Shown: one piece after another, positions 37,871 through 47,706 of the stretch
Layout of the letters: each line of letters begins with the position of its first letter
Position numbering within the stretch: the first letter of the stretch is position 1
Program-made: the position numbers and the translations under genes
Notes under the pieces: generated by a model
The model's database searches: none
Told to the model about the DNA's origin: nothing
What the model saw: only the letters and a program-made list of their open reading frames with translations
Source of the DNA: an uncultured virus (IMG/VR IMGVR_UViG_3300035643_000181)
Taxonomy: Duplodnaviria > Heunggongvirae > Uroviricota > Caudoviricetes
Length of the DNA: 64,000 nucleotides
Virus record (IMG/VR): IMGVR_UViG_3300035643_000181
Direction: 5' to 3' (one strand)

Positions 37871-38926
37871 TCACTCCTTCTCCAGCCAGGAAATGTCTTC
37901 CTCTTCCCCTGGGGATTTCCCCAGTTCCATCTGTTCTCCATCGGCGACATCCAACTTAAAGAACTTCTCGTCAATACCCCACAGCTTGGCCACACTCTGC
38001 CCGATGCGCATGTTCTTACTTTTGCGCCCGCCGCGGTCGGAGATGACGGACCACAGTTGCGAGCGGGTCAGTTTCAACTTCGGCCGGTCGGCCAGGTACC
38101 GGAGTAACCGGTCGGCGGAGAACCAGCGGGCGCCTCCCCGGGTGATATACCCGTGAGTCAGGTCCTCGACCTGTTCGACTTCGCTGCCGGCACTGAACCA
38201 TTCCCGGATCCAGTAGCAGGTTGACTCGTCGGCGCTGGCGTCGGCCTGTACACTGACCACCTGGGCCTGCTGCACCAGATTGTGGACGAAGGCGTCGTAC
38301 TGTTTGGGCAGCAGGGGGTTTACCTGGAGTTTTTCCCGGACGAAGCGGCGGAAGGTGGCAGGTTTATCCAGTTCGTCGCTCTGGATGGTAATTTCAGCAG
38401 ACCGCTCGCCGTTGATAGACGTCACGGTAAGGAGATAAATTGGCGGATCCGCTTGCTTGATGCGGGGATTGGTCACCGCGATGGTCCGGGAGCTTTTGGT
38501 GGGGAGTTTCAGAGTATCTAGGGACAACCGGATGCGGTCGGCCAGGTCGGCGCTGGGCAGGTTATCCTTATGGTAGGCCGCCATGGCGTTGTCGATGGCC
38601 GTGGTGAGGTAGCGTTTCCGGGATAGTTCCTTAACAGTGGCCGCATGGCTGAGGCAATCGCCGGGGATAGACTCCGAAACGGCTTCATCGACTATCCATG
38701 TTCCTACTCTACCGGAACATTCTTTAATCACGGTCGCCGGGCTGATTTCTTCGCCCCGGGTAAAGAGGGTCAGCATGGCTTCGAAGAGGGTAGCATATTC
38801 CGTAGTATAGAAATCCTCTGGGTCGAGTTCGGCCCGTGAGAGGTAAGCGGGTTCCAACAGGATAGAGCCGATTACCAACTTTTCGAGTTGCTTATCGTAG
38901 AGGGGTTTGTCCAGGGGTTTCGCCAT
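37871..38926 (-). CDS. DnaB N-terminal-domain replication protein
   Basis: PLYDKQLEKLVIGSILL...L.PEDFY...LFEAM resembles DnaB-N; no helicase C-domain. Confidence 0.7.
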   Translation of the reverse strand: MAKPLDKPLYDKQLEKLVIGSILLEPAYLSRAELDPEDFYTTEYATLFEAMLTLFTRGEEISPATVIKECSGRVGTWIVDEAVSESIPGDCLSHAATVKELSRKRYLTTAIDNAMAAYHKDNLPSADLADRIRLSLDTLKLPTKSSRTIAVTNPRIKQADPPIYLLTVTSINGERSAEITIQSDELDKPATFRRFVREKLQVNPLLPKQYDAFVHNLVQQAQVVSVQADASADESTCYWIREWFSAGSEVEQVEDLTHGYITRGGARWFSADRLLRYLADRPKLKLTRSQLWSVISDRGGRKSKNMRIGQSVAKLWGIDEKFFKLDVADGEQMELGKSPGEEEDISWLEKE

Positions 38927-38931
38927 AAGGA

Positions 38932-39135
38932 CTACCTTCGATTATGTAAGTCCAGTGCCTCTTGCCAAGCCTGAGCGATATCTCCTCTGGCGGAGACGGC
39001 CGCAACCACACTTGCCCAAGTATCAGCCGAGAGTTCAACCGTAGCTGTCGTTGGATAGCCTGGTTTTTCCACCTTGATGCGAACACTACCGGTGTCAATT
39101 CGCTCAAAGTACCATCCGTCTTTAGCATGAAACAT
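38932..39135 (-). CDS. hypothetical protein
   Basis: AAGGAGG RBS. Confidence 0.5.
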   Translation of the reverse strand: MFHAKDGWYFERIDTGSVRIKVEKPGYPTTATVELSADTWASVVAAVSARGDIAQAWQEALDLHNRR

Positions 39136-39146
39136 CTAACACCTCC

Positions 39147-39332
39147 TTAATTCCACGACCTTTTGAACGGCGGCCACACTTTAGGTACATACTGTATGCA
39201 GATTCCTACGAACGGTATCATGAGGTAGAGTCGTCTGTGGTTTCTGTCGTAGTATGCTCCGACCCACAGGTCGAACCACTCGATAACCCCATACACATGC
39301 CACCTCTTGCCGATACGGAATAGGTGCCGCAT
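39147..39332 (-). CDS. hypothetical protein
   Basis: WFDLWVGAYYD short phage ORF. Confidence 0.5.
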   Translation of the reverse strand: MRHLFRIGKRWHVYGVIEWFDLWVGAYYDRNHRRLYLMIPFVGICIQYVPKVWPPFKRSWN

Positions 39333-40547
39333 TTATTTCCCCTCCATTTCCTTTAGGAAGGCATCAGCCTCTTCTTCGGGAGATGGCTTGGGCGGTGGTG
39401 GGTTCTTTAATGCCAGTTCAAGCTTCATTATATCCGAGTGAAGCCATCGGCCTTTTTTGCCCGTGACAGATAAAAAGAACGCCTGAATTTGGGCGTTGTC
39501 TTTACCCTGAGTCCGTAGGGCAAGGATCATATTCCTTTTCTCCTCCTGGGTTGCCTCCGGGTCGGCAGTTCCTGCAGGTGGGGCTTTGGTACTGCCCTGC
39601 TGCTGGGCTGGTTCTTTTGCCTCTTCCTTAGCTTTTGGTTTAGCCGGGGTCTTTTTATCCGTAGGGGCTGCTTTAGCGGCCTTGGCCTTTTTATCCTCTA
39701 CAGTAGCAGTAGAGGTTTCGGAGCGACTCGTAGTGGCTGAGGCTGATGGGGTAACCACATCCTCTTGAACCTGGGACTGAACTGCAGCTCTTTTGTCATC
39801 ATCTTCAGCCAGTATCCCAGGGGGATAAAAGTCCTCAGGCGGCTCTACGGTTTCAGGTTCAGGTAGGAGCGCCTGGGCTGGCGGCAGTAGGGCCATCTTG
39901 GCCAGTTCGCCCAATTTAATATTTGACGAAATATGCATGACATAGACGGTTTTCTTACTCTCACCGGGTGGTGTAACCTCTACCGGACCCAAGACTAATT
40001 TAAGTGGTAGCATGGAACAGCGGCCGAGCGTGGCCTTGAGCATAGCGACCATACTGTTGATATTGACGATGGAGTAAAAGGAACTGCTGTCTATCTGGTA
40101 TACGCCTAGTCCCGGGCAGTTAAAGAGGAAGACCTGTAAATTGATGATACGCCGGCATAGCTTATTGGTATAGTCAGGACATTCTTGAGAGTTACAGATA
40201 CTTTCTTTCCATACCCACTCCCGGCTATCTTTGGTGACCATGGCACCGGTCTGAACATCGACCTTACGACGACAGTTTATCCCATCCCCGATGCAAATTA
40301 AACCCTGGGTACGGCTGTAGCGTCGCAACCACTGTTGGGCAAACTGCTCCGGGTTTTCGGAGGGGAGCATGATGTCCAGTTCTTTGGGTTCCTTCCCGTA
40401 CACTTCCTGTACTTCCGGGGGGCAGACGAAATAATCGACTGCTTTCGGATAGGGACTTTTATCAGTTGGTTCAACTTTGATACCTAGATGAATTTTACCT
40501 AGTCTGGGCATACGAACTAGTTCGCTCAAATTCACTATAGGACTCAT
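39333..40547 (-). CDS. recombination directionality factor / Gp3-like protein
   Basis: RMPRLGKIHLGIK...YPKAVDYF, CIGDG, GVYQIDSSS. Confidence 0.65.
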   Translation of the reverse strand: MSPIVNLSELVRMPRLGKIHLGIKVEPTDKSPYPKAVDYFVCPPEVQEVYGKEPKELDIMLPSENPEQFAQQWLRRYSRTQGLICIGDGINCRRKVDVQTGAMVTKDSREWVWKESICNSQECPDYTNKLCRRIINLQVFLFNCPGLGVYQIDSSSFYSIVNINSMVAMLKATLGRCSMLPLKLVLGPVEVTPPGESKKTVYVMHISSNIKLGELAKMALLPPAQALLPEPETVEPPEDFYPPGILAEDDDKRAAVQSQVQEDVVTPSASATTSRSETSTATVEDKKAKAAKAAPTDKKTPAKPKAKEEAKEPAQQQGSTKAPPAGTADPEATQEEKRNMILALRTQGKDNAQIQAFFLSVTGKKGRWLHSDIMKLELALKNPPPPKPSPEEEADAFLKEMEGK

Positions 40548-40549
40548 AT

Positions 40550-41140
40550 TTACACCTCCATCTTCGCTTGTAATAGTTCATGCACTTGGAACCTAAGAAG
40601 CCGTATTTGCTTCTCAAGCGGTTGTATTCGGGCTTTTTGCCCATCTTTGAAGCCTTGCTTATAACCATCCTGATAGCTCAGTTTATGCTGTGGTTGGGTG
40701 GTCAGTTCTAAATTTGTGTCGTCATTATGAGACCGGTTACCATCAATATGATGCACCTTTTCTGAGGGAGCAAGTGGTCTACCTAATTTCTTGGCCATAA
40801 CTAAACGATGTTCTAAAACATAACCACTCTTCTGTTTTGCCATGCTATAAAATGGGCTATCAGGGTATATATGAACCAATTTATATCCCTGCTGGGTTAT
40901 TACACTACCACCTTTCCAATTTGGATTATTTACTCCTCTTTCTTCTGGTTTGGGGTGTGAGTGAGTGATTTGCCTAGAACAAGTCTTACATATTTTTCGG
41001 TAGGCGTCTTTTCTTACCCACTTACCTGTGCCACAAATCCCACAAATACGCCAGATGTATTGGCATGACTTATGACTAGCACTACCTAGCTCATCACCAT
41101 ACTTAATAGTTTCGCTACTACCTCTACGCCTCCTAGCCAT
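40550..41140 (-). CDS. HNH endonuclease
   Basis: NPNWKGG, YVLEHRLVMA..LGRPL, VHHIDGNRSHN...NL. Confidence 0.85.
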   Translation of the reverse strand: MARRRRGSSETIKYGDELGSASHKSCQYIWRICGICGTGKWVRKDAYRKICKTCSRQITHSHPKPEERGVNNPNWKGGSVITQQGYKLVHIYPDSPFYSMAKQKSGYVLEHRLVMAKKLGRPLAPSEKVHHIDGNRSHNDDTNLELTTQPQHKLSYQDGYKQGFKDGQKARIQPLEKQIRLLRFQVHELLQAKMEV

Positions 41141-41655
41141 TATGTCCTCCTACAGTATGTTCTCATTTCAACGCTATAGTCAGTATAAAGAGGATGCCGC
41201 GGTTCACCATCGGCATTTACGTCTAAGCAGAAGGGATTGGGCAGCATTTTATAGACGACTGGTGCCCTTTTGGCTACTGGTGAAAAGGACCCCCAGGCAC
41301 ATAGTTGCACTGTGGACATCAGAATCATCTGGCGGAGATATTCGTCGTTCAGTTCACCCACAAAATCTTCCTCGTTTAAAAGGACTCTTGGGTCGGTCGA
41401 GACAAAGCCATATAGATTCGCCATAAGGAAACCACCAAAACCAGCGTTATAGGCCCTCCTCGTTCCCCTGGTTATGGTGGGGTCGTCAATCAATTCATTG
41501 GCGGTTGAGGGATTAAGACCTATTTGCATCAGCCGAGGTCGGTCGTAATTCCATATTCTCCAGAGGGCATAGCGGTATTTTCGGTCATCAGAGAAGATTG
41601 CCCCTTTGGGTAATCGACCGTCTCGTATTTTCAGAGGCAGGTTAGTTGTAGTCAT
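41140..41655 (-). CDS. DUF1643 family protein
   Basis: YRYALWRIW, IGLNPSTA, DDPT, NLY, AWG, PRHPLY. Confidence 0.88.
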   Translation of the reverse strand: MTTTNLPLKIRDGRLPKGAIFSDDRKYRYALWRIWNYDRPRLMQIGLNPSTANELIDDPTITRGTRRAYNAGFGGFLMANLYGFVSTDPRVLLNEEDFVGELNDEYLRQMILMSTVQLCAWGSFSPVAKRAPVVYKMLPNPFCLDVNADGEPRHPLYTDYSVEMRTYCRRT

Positions 41656-41656
41656 A

Positions 41657-42016
41657 CTAAGTTAATCCTGCTAGTCTAACAATAAAAGCATCATTGTCAT
41701 TTACTGCCTTATTATGAGCTTCTATATCCACTTCTGTTGGGGGTATTTCGCAAAACTCCTTGAAGGCCGCATCCCATTTCTTCCTATTCCTAAAGGAAAC
41801 AAAGCCATGTTTCTTGAATAGAGCTTTACTATTTCGGCTCCAATCGTCAGCACAGCGTAAACATAGATGGGGAGCTCGTGATACATCGTTACCAGGCCAC
41901 ATAGCCCGCCCACCGCATTTAACACAACGGACATCTGGACCATAATCAGCCCCTGGCCATGTATAACTGATATAGCCGGTTTCCGGGTCAGGATGCTTAC
42001 CCAGGGGATTAACCAC
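41657..42016 (-). CDS. hypothetical zinc-binding protein
   Basis: CVKCG...LCLRC. Confidence 0.5.
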   Translation of the reverse strand: MVNPLGKHPDPETGYISYTWPGADYGPDVRCVKCGGRAMWPGNDVSRAPHLCLRCADDWSRNSKALFKKHGFVSFRNRKKWDAAFKEFCEIPPTEVDIEAHNKAVNDNDAFIVRLAGLT

Positions 42017-42375
42017 TATTGGTCCTTTCTTCTCAGTTTTATATATCCCTCTTCCGAGACAACTACCTCAAAGGTCATAATATTAGCTTGTACCAGCTCT
42101 TGATTTATTAAAGCTGCCCACTGGGTACTGGCTCTTTTGTGATTTGCGTCATCTGCTTTTTGCCAATCCTCACGAATCTGATCAAGTTCTGCTTTGTGAA
42201 TATTTTTATCCACGAGGATGGCCTTTTTGACTTTAATAGCTGCCATCAAATCCGGGAAGTTCTTTCGTATCTTTCTGGTTACTTCTTTCCAGAAGGGCGA
42301 ATTACGGATCCAGAATCCTGATAAAATGGCCTCTGCTTCTGAATCATCAATAGTTGCTGTGATTTTAACCTTCAT
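42016..42375 (-). CDS. hypothetical protein
   Basis: GGAGG RBS. Confidence 0.55.
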   Translation of the reverse strand: MKVKITATIDDSEAEAILSGFWIRNSPFWKEVTRKIRKNFPDLMAAIKVKKAILVDKNIHKAELDQIREDWQKADDANHKRASTQWAALINQELVQANIMTFEVVVSEEGYIKLRRKDQ

Positions 42376-42406
42376 TAGTTACCTCCCTCACCATTCTTGA
42401 AGATAA

Positions 42407-42934
42407 TTAGTTCCTTACTTCTTCGTTACTGATTTTGCCATTACTTTGCATGGTAAATCTAGCGTTAACCGATATAGTCCCCTCCTCATATTCCAGGAAA
42501 CATGTCGAACCTTCCCAGATATTTCGGTTTACCGCGCCAGTAACTAGATTCTTCATTTCGACGGCATGCCTTCCTTTAGAATCAATATAAAACTTGGCAG
42601 TAGTCGTGCTCGGTTTCTTTATAAGTGTGGCCAGAACAACAGCTTTGTCTACTGGTCTATGCCAAACCTTTGTTGAAAAATCGGCATAGTATTCAGCCAG
42701 TTCCTCATCCGTTCGGTCTGTTAGGCACTGGTTACATATAATTAAAGAGCTACGAGGATAGCTAGCGTAGGTTATTCCCCCTATGGTCATACCAGTTTCT
42801 TCCTCAATACAGATAAAACATCGCCCACAGAGACATTTGCCTATGAATGGATGTTTAGAACAGTTGGAACTTAACGCTTTTGAACTGTGAGCAAGTGTTA
42901 GCTTTTTGGTTTTTCTCCAGAAAAAGAGCTTCAT
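42407..42934 (-). CDS. hypothetical protein flanked by a 21-nt direct repeat
   Basis: ctcaccattcttgaagataat at 42387-42407 and 42952-42972. Confidence 0.6.
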   Translation of the reverse strand: MKLFFWRKTKKLTLAHSSKALSSNCSKHPFIGKCLCGRCFICIEEETGMTIGGITYASYPRSSLIICNQCLTDRTDEELAEYYADFSTKVWHRPVDKAVVLATLIKKPSTTTAKFYIDSKGRHAVEMKNLVTGAVNRNIWEGSTCFLEYEEGTISVNARFTMQSNGKISNEEVRN

Positions 42935-42952
42935 TTAGTTTTCCCCTCCTTC

Positions 42953-45208
42953 TCACCATTCTTGAAGATAATCCTTGATGTCGATGCCGAACAACTCAAT
43001 CGGTTTGGTCTTTATCTTATAGCGGCCGATATCATCGCCCCGGTCGGACAGGTAGTAGAACATCATCTTGACTACCAGTTGGGCCAGCTGGGACTCGCTC
43101 ATCTTGTCCAGTAACTCCCAGAGGGCTTCCTTGGTACGCTTATCATCAGCGGTACCACTACTGACCTCATCCCATACGTATTTGTAGGGTGACTTCCAAC
43201 CGGTGCCACTGTAGTAGCTGGTAACATGATGGCCTTCGAACTGCGCCAGGATAACGAGCTTTAGAGTTGGCTTGAAAGCCTCGAGCTGGGCAGTGTCCTC
43301 AACAATTTTGAGGGCTTCCTTGATAGCCTTTGCCTCTGCCTGCTTTTGAGCCAGACCCTCAGCATGCTCTGCCCGGGTCTTGGCGCCCTTCTTTTGAGCT
43401 AGGCACTTGGGATTGGTGCAGACGGAGTAGACCTGGCTCTCGTTATCGGTACTCCTGTAAGCATAATGAAAGCCGGTAGTGCATTTCTCCAAACATTCCT
43501 CCGGGTTATCTAGCTGATTAAGAATGTCAGTATACTTGTCCTTGAGAATCTGCAGGCCAGAACTGGGACTGTCGTGGATATCGAGTATTTCGGCACGGGT
43601 GCCGGCCTTTTCCCTGGCGAGACTGAGGATATCTGCCGGTATGGTCTGCTTTACTTCCTCCACTTGGTTATCGATAGTGGGGATAATGGTCTTCTTAGTT
43701 ACTGCCCGGTAGTCTTTGAGACAGACCTTACGGTAGGCTATGTGGTCGCTAGCCGCCCGGTTGTGAGTGGGGAAGCTGAAATTAACCGTATGGTCTTCAG
43801 TGTCGAGTTTGCACCCCTGGCATTCCTCCTCAGGGACGTCTTCGGCCCAGCGGACACCAGACGGGGGCAGTACTGCCTTTATGGTGGTTTTGACTGGCTT
43901 GGATATTTCCTGGGAAATAGCCTTAGCCTCGGTGAAGGTTGTCTCCGGCCCGACGAGGACACACTGGCTCTTGCCATAGGTAACCACCATCCCGTGATAG
44001 AAACCCAAGGGGTCATTTCGAAGTGACTCGTAATACTCCTCGTACTCTCTACCCTGGGGAACGCTATAGGTGCGTGTCTCACCCTTCCACTCCTCACACC
44101 TTACCAGTTGGTAGCAACGATATTCTTCTAGACCACTACTGGTACATATCCAGTCCTTACCGTCGTACAGGAAGGGATTGTGTACCTTGGAGAATGTATG
44201 GGCGATAATATCAGTCGAGGAACTCGGCTTAACCTTCTCTTCCAGGAAGGACTTATCGACGTAGACGAGACTAATACCTAACTCCATGGGAGTTGGCTTC
44301 TGTTCTACCCTGGGTAGCTCGGCAGTTGCCTTCTGAAGCACTTCGGCCTCCATCTTGGCTTTAGCCTCAGCAGCTATCTTGTCACGATGCTCCTGCTGTT
44401 TCTTCTCCCAACAATCCTTATTGGTACAGTAATAGGTGGTATCCTTTTGAGTAGGGTGAACGACAATCTTACAGCTACACTCGAGGCAGCCCTGCTCTTT
44501 AGCATCAAAAAGTGGTGCATTTCTTCGCCAGCTGGCTCCGCCTTTTTCAAGAGCGTTGAATTTGTAACTGGCGACTTCGGCTATGGCACGGATGATACCC
44601 TGGACCGTGGGCGGTTCGCCCCAGTTCTTGCTACCTGTCTTTAGCTTGGAGATAGCATCCCGCATAAGTTCCAGGGCATTGTCGAAACCGGAGAAGATGA
44701 GTAACTCCCGGGCCATGTGGAAATTGATAATGTCCTCATTGAGTTTCTCCAGGATCTCCGGGGGTAAGGCAATCACCCGGCGCATATTGGAGACTGCGCC
44801 CTGCGTCATTCCTAGGGCACTGGCCAGTTTCACTTCGGAAATATCGGGGTTCTGATTTAGGAAGGCATCTATGCCACGGGCGACCTCAACAGGTTTAAGG
44901 TCCGTTCGTTTAATGTTCTCGTCGATAGCGATGGCGAACATATCATCGTCGGATAGTCTCTGTACCTCGACCGGCATGGTCGCCCACTTCTCCGGGTCTT
45001 TCTTAGCAAGCTTTTGCCAGGCTCTCTTCCGTAGTGAGCCGAAGGCCAGCTGATACCGGCCATCGACCTGCCTGCCTTTGGGCGGTTCCTGGAGGCCGAT
45101 ACGTTCGATTGACTCAGCGAGTTCGTCAATCTTTTTGGTGGGATAATGCGTACGGGGGTTAAAGGGGTTGTCATCAATGAGTTCAACTGGGATATTTTCC
45201 ACTGGCAT
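42953..45208 (-). CDS. parB: ParB/Spo0J-family protein with long C-terminal extension
   Basis: NPFNPR, LAESIERIGLQEP, LAFGSLRKRA, DENIKRTDL, HTH. Confidence 0.85.
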   Translation of the reverse strand: MPVENIPVELIDDNPFNPRTHYPTKKIDELAESIERIGLQEPPKGRQVDGRYQLAFGSLRKRAWQKLAKKDPEKWATMPVEVQRLSDDDMFAIAIDENIKRTDLKPVEVARGIDAFLNQNPDISEVKLASALGMTQGAVSNMRRVIALPPEILEKLNEDIINFHMARELLIFSGFDNALELMRDAISKLKTGSKNWGEPPTVQGIIRAIAEVASYKFNALEKGGASWRRNAPLFDAKEQGCLECSCKIVVHPTQKDTTYYCTNKDCWEKKQQEHRDKIAAEAKAKMEAEVLQKATAELPRVEQKPTPMELGISLVYVDKSFLEEKVKPSSSTDIIAHTFSKVHNPFLYDGKDWICTSSGLEEYRCYQLVRCEEWKGETRTYSVPQGREYEEYYESLRNDPLGFYHGMVVTYGKSQCVLVGPETTFTEAKAISQEISKPVKTTIKAVLPPSGVRWAEDVPEEECQGCKLDTEDHTVNFSFPTHNRAASDHIAYRKVCLKDYRAVTKKTIIPTIDNQVEEVKQTIPADILSLAREKAGTRAEILDIHDSPSSGLQILKDKYTDILNQLDNPEECLEKCTTGFHYAYRSTDNESQVYSVCTNPKCLAQKKGAKTRAEHAEGLAQKQAEAKAIKEALKIVEDTAQLEAFKPTLKLVILAQFEGHHVTSYYSGTGWKSPYKYVWDEVSSGTADDKRTKEALWELLDKMSESQLAQLVVKMMFYYLSDRGDDIGRYKIKTKPIELFGIDIKDYLQEW

Positions 45209-45390
45209 TAGAAACCTCCTATTCGAAATTAGACCTTATTTTACACTTCTTTGCCTCAGCTTTTATTGCTTGCCATTTTTCTTCTGGGATACGTAGTATA
45301 CGTTCATGGCCAGTCAAATCTGTACCAGAAAGCCCACACTCAGCTTTAAGTAAAATCTCTAAAATCTGTTTCTTGGTCATTAAACACCTC

Positions 45391-45711
45391 CTAATGTAGT
45401 GTAAAGAGGGAATTTAACTCTTCCTCTGTCATTTCATGGGTTCTCTGATGGCAATTCCAACAGCGGCTTGCTGGCACTATAGAATTAAGACCGGGTAGTG
45501 CCTGAATGCCTTTGATATAGAAGTTTATATGGCAGCTATCACACACCCTAATAGACATTGCGGTCCAGGGCATAATAATGAGTGTAATGGCATGGCGCAC
45601 GCTATCCCATTTCGTACCGGTATAGGTCAGGGGATTCAGCTTGTATCGTTCGTGGAATATCAGCCAGAGGAAATTGACGATACCCGTATTTACCTTTCCC
45701 TTAATGCTCAT
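45391..45711 (-). CDS. hypothetical zinc-ribbon protein
   Basis: CDSC...CWNC. Confidence 0.5.
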   Translation of the reverse strand: MSIKGKVNTGIVNFLWLIFHERYKLNPLTYTGTKWDSVRHAITLIIMPWTAMSIRVCDSCHINFYIKGIQALPGLNSIVPASRCWNCHQRTHEMTEEELNSLFTLH

Positions 45712-45739
45712 TGGTCTCCGCCTTTACTTTTAAGAATTT

Positions 45740-45901
45740 CTACTCTGTCTGGTTAAGTGTTTTCAGTAACTGTCGTACTCTTTCCTTGGTGATACCAAAG
45801 ACCTCGCCGATCTCTGCCAAACTGGCATCAGGGTGTTCTTTTCGATAATCGAGGAGAGTCTTATTTCTCTTGAGCTTACGTAGGCTGTCATATTTAGCCA
45901 T
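45740..45901 (-). CDS. small HTH regulator (sigma70 region-4-like), 53 aa, below the ORF-track cutoff
   Basis: MAKYDSLRKLKRN...SLAEIGEVFGITKERVRQLL; ATG 8 nt after a -10 box. Confidence 0.8.
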   Translation of the reverse strand: MAKYDSLRKLKRNKTLLDYRKEHPDASLAEIGEVFGITKERVRQLLKTLNQTE

Positions 45902-45909
45902 TGCCGTGT

Positions 45910-45972
45910 AGTATATCACTACTAAACCCTCTTGTCAACCCCCTTGACTTTCTGTTTTAAGGGTGGTATTAT
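45910..45972. promoter_or_regulatory. back-to-back divergent sigma70-type promoters
   Basis: Minus: TTGACA(45938-45933)-17-TATACT(45915-45910); plus: TTGACT(45944)-17-TATTAT(45967); lies at the strand switch. Confidence 0.75.
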
Positions 45973-46019
45973 ACTCCAGTATCTAGTTGAATACTTGAGA
46001 AGGGTGAGTGAAGAGTTAG

Positions 46020-46223
46020 ATGATGGGACAGGTTGATAAATACCTACATGCCCTTAATTTACTTAAGGAATTAAACTGTCCTGAGCCTATAATGGAAGCA
46101 CTAGAAATATGGGGGGTGTTTGTTCGTGAGGACGAAATAAAGTTGCGTAACTGGGAAGCACTTTCTCAAGGAGGAGTTGTTGAGGGGGAATTTAGAGAGG
46201 TAGGAGACAAAATTAGTGAATGA
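46020..46223 (+). CDS. hypothetical protein
   Basis: First ORF after the promoter. Confidence 0.5.
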   Translation: MMGQVDKYLHALNLLKELNCPEPIMEALEIWGVFVREDEIKLRNWEALSQGGVVEGEFREVGDKISE

Positions 46224-46240
46224 GTTCAAGAGAGTGAATT

Positions 46241-46534
46241 ATGCCGGAAGCGTGTGTTCACCACTGGTACGTCACCATTGAGGATGGCCAGGAGATAGGC
46301 CGGTGTACGAAATGCAGGCAGGAAAAAACCTTCAGAACCTTTAAAAAGATGAAGGATTCCTCTCATAATAGACGAGTAAGCCAAGTTTCTAATGTCCATT
46401 CTTTTGTTGAAGGTGAAGGTGAAAGGGGCATTCCTCACGGGCAATTCAGTGGGTATAGACCGCCTACAAGACTTAGTGATGATATTCCGCCCAGTTGGGA
46501 TGACGGGATGAAAACTATCGAGGGAGGAAACTAA
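46241..46534 (+). CDS. hypothetical zinc-binding protein
   Basis: CVHHW...CTKC. Confidence 0.55.
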   Translation: MPEACVHHWYVTIEDGQEIGRCTKCRQEKTFRTFKKMKDSSHNRRVSQVSNVHSFVEGEGERGIPHGQFSGYRPPTRLSDDIPPSWDDGMKTIEGGN

Positions 46535-46535
46535 G

Positions 46536-46745
46536 ATGAATTTTAAAATGCCAATACAAAAAGGAATTCTCCGGAAGGTACTTACTTATGAGACCTACTC
46601 GCCTACCAACAATCCTCACCCCGGTTATCCATGCTCTGTTGTACTGAAGCTCGAGTGTGGTCACGAATTACGCAGGAAATGGTCCCAGGGAATTCCCCAA
46701 AGGGCTAAATGTACCCAATGTAACGAAAGGGAGAAAGGAGAGTAA
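46536..46745 (+). CDS. hypothetical zinc-binding protein
   Basis: LECGH...CTQC; GGAGG RBS. Confidence 0.55.
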   Translation: MNFKMPIQKGILRKVLTYETYSPTNNPHPGYPCSVVLKLECGHELRRKWSQGIPQRAKCTQCNEREKGE

Positions 46746-46747
46746 TC

Positions 46748-47182
46748 ATGTGTCTATTCAGTAAAAAGAAAAAGAAAGAGCAGGAACAGCAGGAACAGTT
46801 CAAGCCAAGAAGTGATTGTGCTGAGATTATGATAATAAGGGCTAATTCTGGCGGAGTGATTATAAATGTGTATGTACCGATTAGTTTTAATGAACACGAA
46901 AAAAGAATAGTAAGCGATATATATCCGGGGCTTAGGGAATTAAGACGTTCCGGATGGGGTAATACTGTTGAGAGTAGTTTCATTTACGATGTACCTAACC
47001 TAGATAAACTCGATGAAGTTTTGAAAATTTTGGGATACGATCCGTGTGTGACAAAAGGTTATGATAAGGAGAAGTTAAACCTGTACTTTCGGCGTTCTAC
47101 TCTGCATAAATGTATTGATGAGGGACTAGGTGATAGCCTTGGGCTAATGTACCCGCTAAATGTACCCAATGTAAGGAGTTAA
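46748..47182 (+). CDS. hypothetical protein
   Basis: AAGGAG RBS. Confidence 0.55.
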   Translation: MCLFSKKKKKEQEQQEQFKPRSDCAEIMIIRANSGGVIINVYVPISFNEHEKRIVSDIYPGLRELRRSGWGNTVESSFIYDVPNLDKLDEVLKILGYDPCVTKGYDKEKLNLYFRRSTLHKCIDEGLGDSLGLMYPLNVPNVRS

Positions 47183-47186
47183 ACTA

Positions 47187-47447
47187 ATGGGAATTCACCG
47201 CCCACCGCGAATCGGTGATGAGAAGATAATTGCTGGTGTGTTATACCGGCTTCGCCATATGGCGTATTGCTCATTAAACCTATATTGCATCGAATCAGGA
47301 TACCAGGCAGCCAATGTGCAATATAAAGAGAAAAGGTTTAAGGATGGAAATGGTTGCTATTGTACTGGTATCTGGGTTAATGTCGAGGACCTAGAGAAGA
47401 AGAACATGGCAAGTAAATTGGTAAGTAGGAAGGAGGAAAATGAATAG
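47187..47447 (+). CDS. hypothetical protein
   Basis: AAGGAG RBS. Confidence 0.5.
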   Translation: MGIHRPPRIGDEKIIAGVLYRLRHMAYCSLNLYCIESGYQAANVQYKEKRFKDGNGCYCTGIWVNVEDLEKKNMASKLVSRKEENE

Positions 47448-47706
47448 AAATAAATCAAACTTTCCTAAGGCTGGTGGCCAGTGTAGAGTTCCAGACTGTA
47501 AAAATCATACCCTTATTGGTCAGCATGTATACTGTCCAGAACATGAAAGATTCCTGAAAGATTTACTTTACTTTCTGCCCAGGGTTCTGGCTACAATGCA
47601 AATGCAAGAGAGAGTCGCGCAACCCAAAGTGGTTGTTCCAGGTACGAAAGAGTTTTCGGAAGTCGTGGGGCTAATAGTTAATGAACAGGAAAAGAGGACG
47701 CCATGA
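47440..47706 (+). CDS. hypothetical protein
   Basis: C..PDC...YCPEH. Confidence 0.55.
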   Translation: MNRNKSNFPKAGGQCRVPDCKNHTLIGQHVYCPEHERFLKDLLYFLPRVLATMQMQERVAQPKVVVPGTKEFSEVVGLIVNEQEKRTP

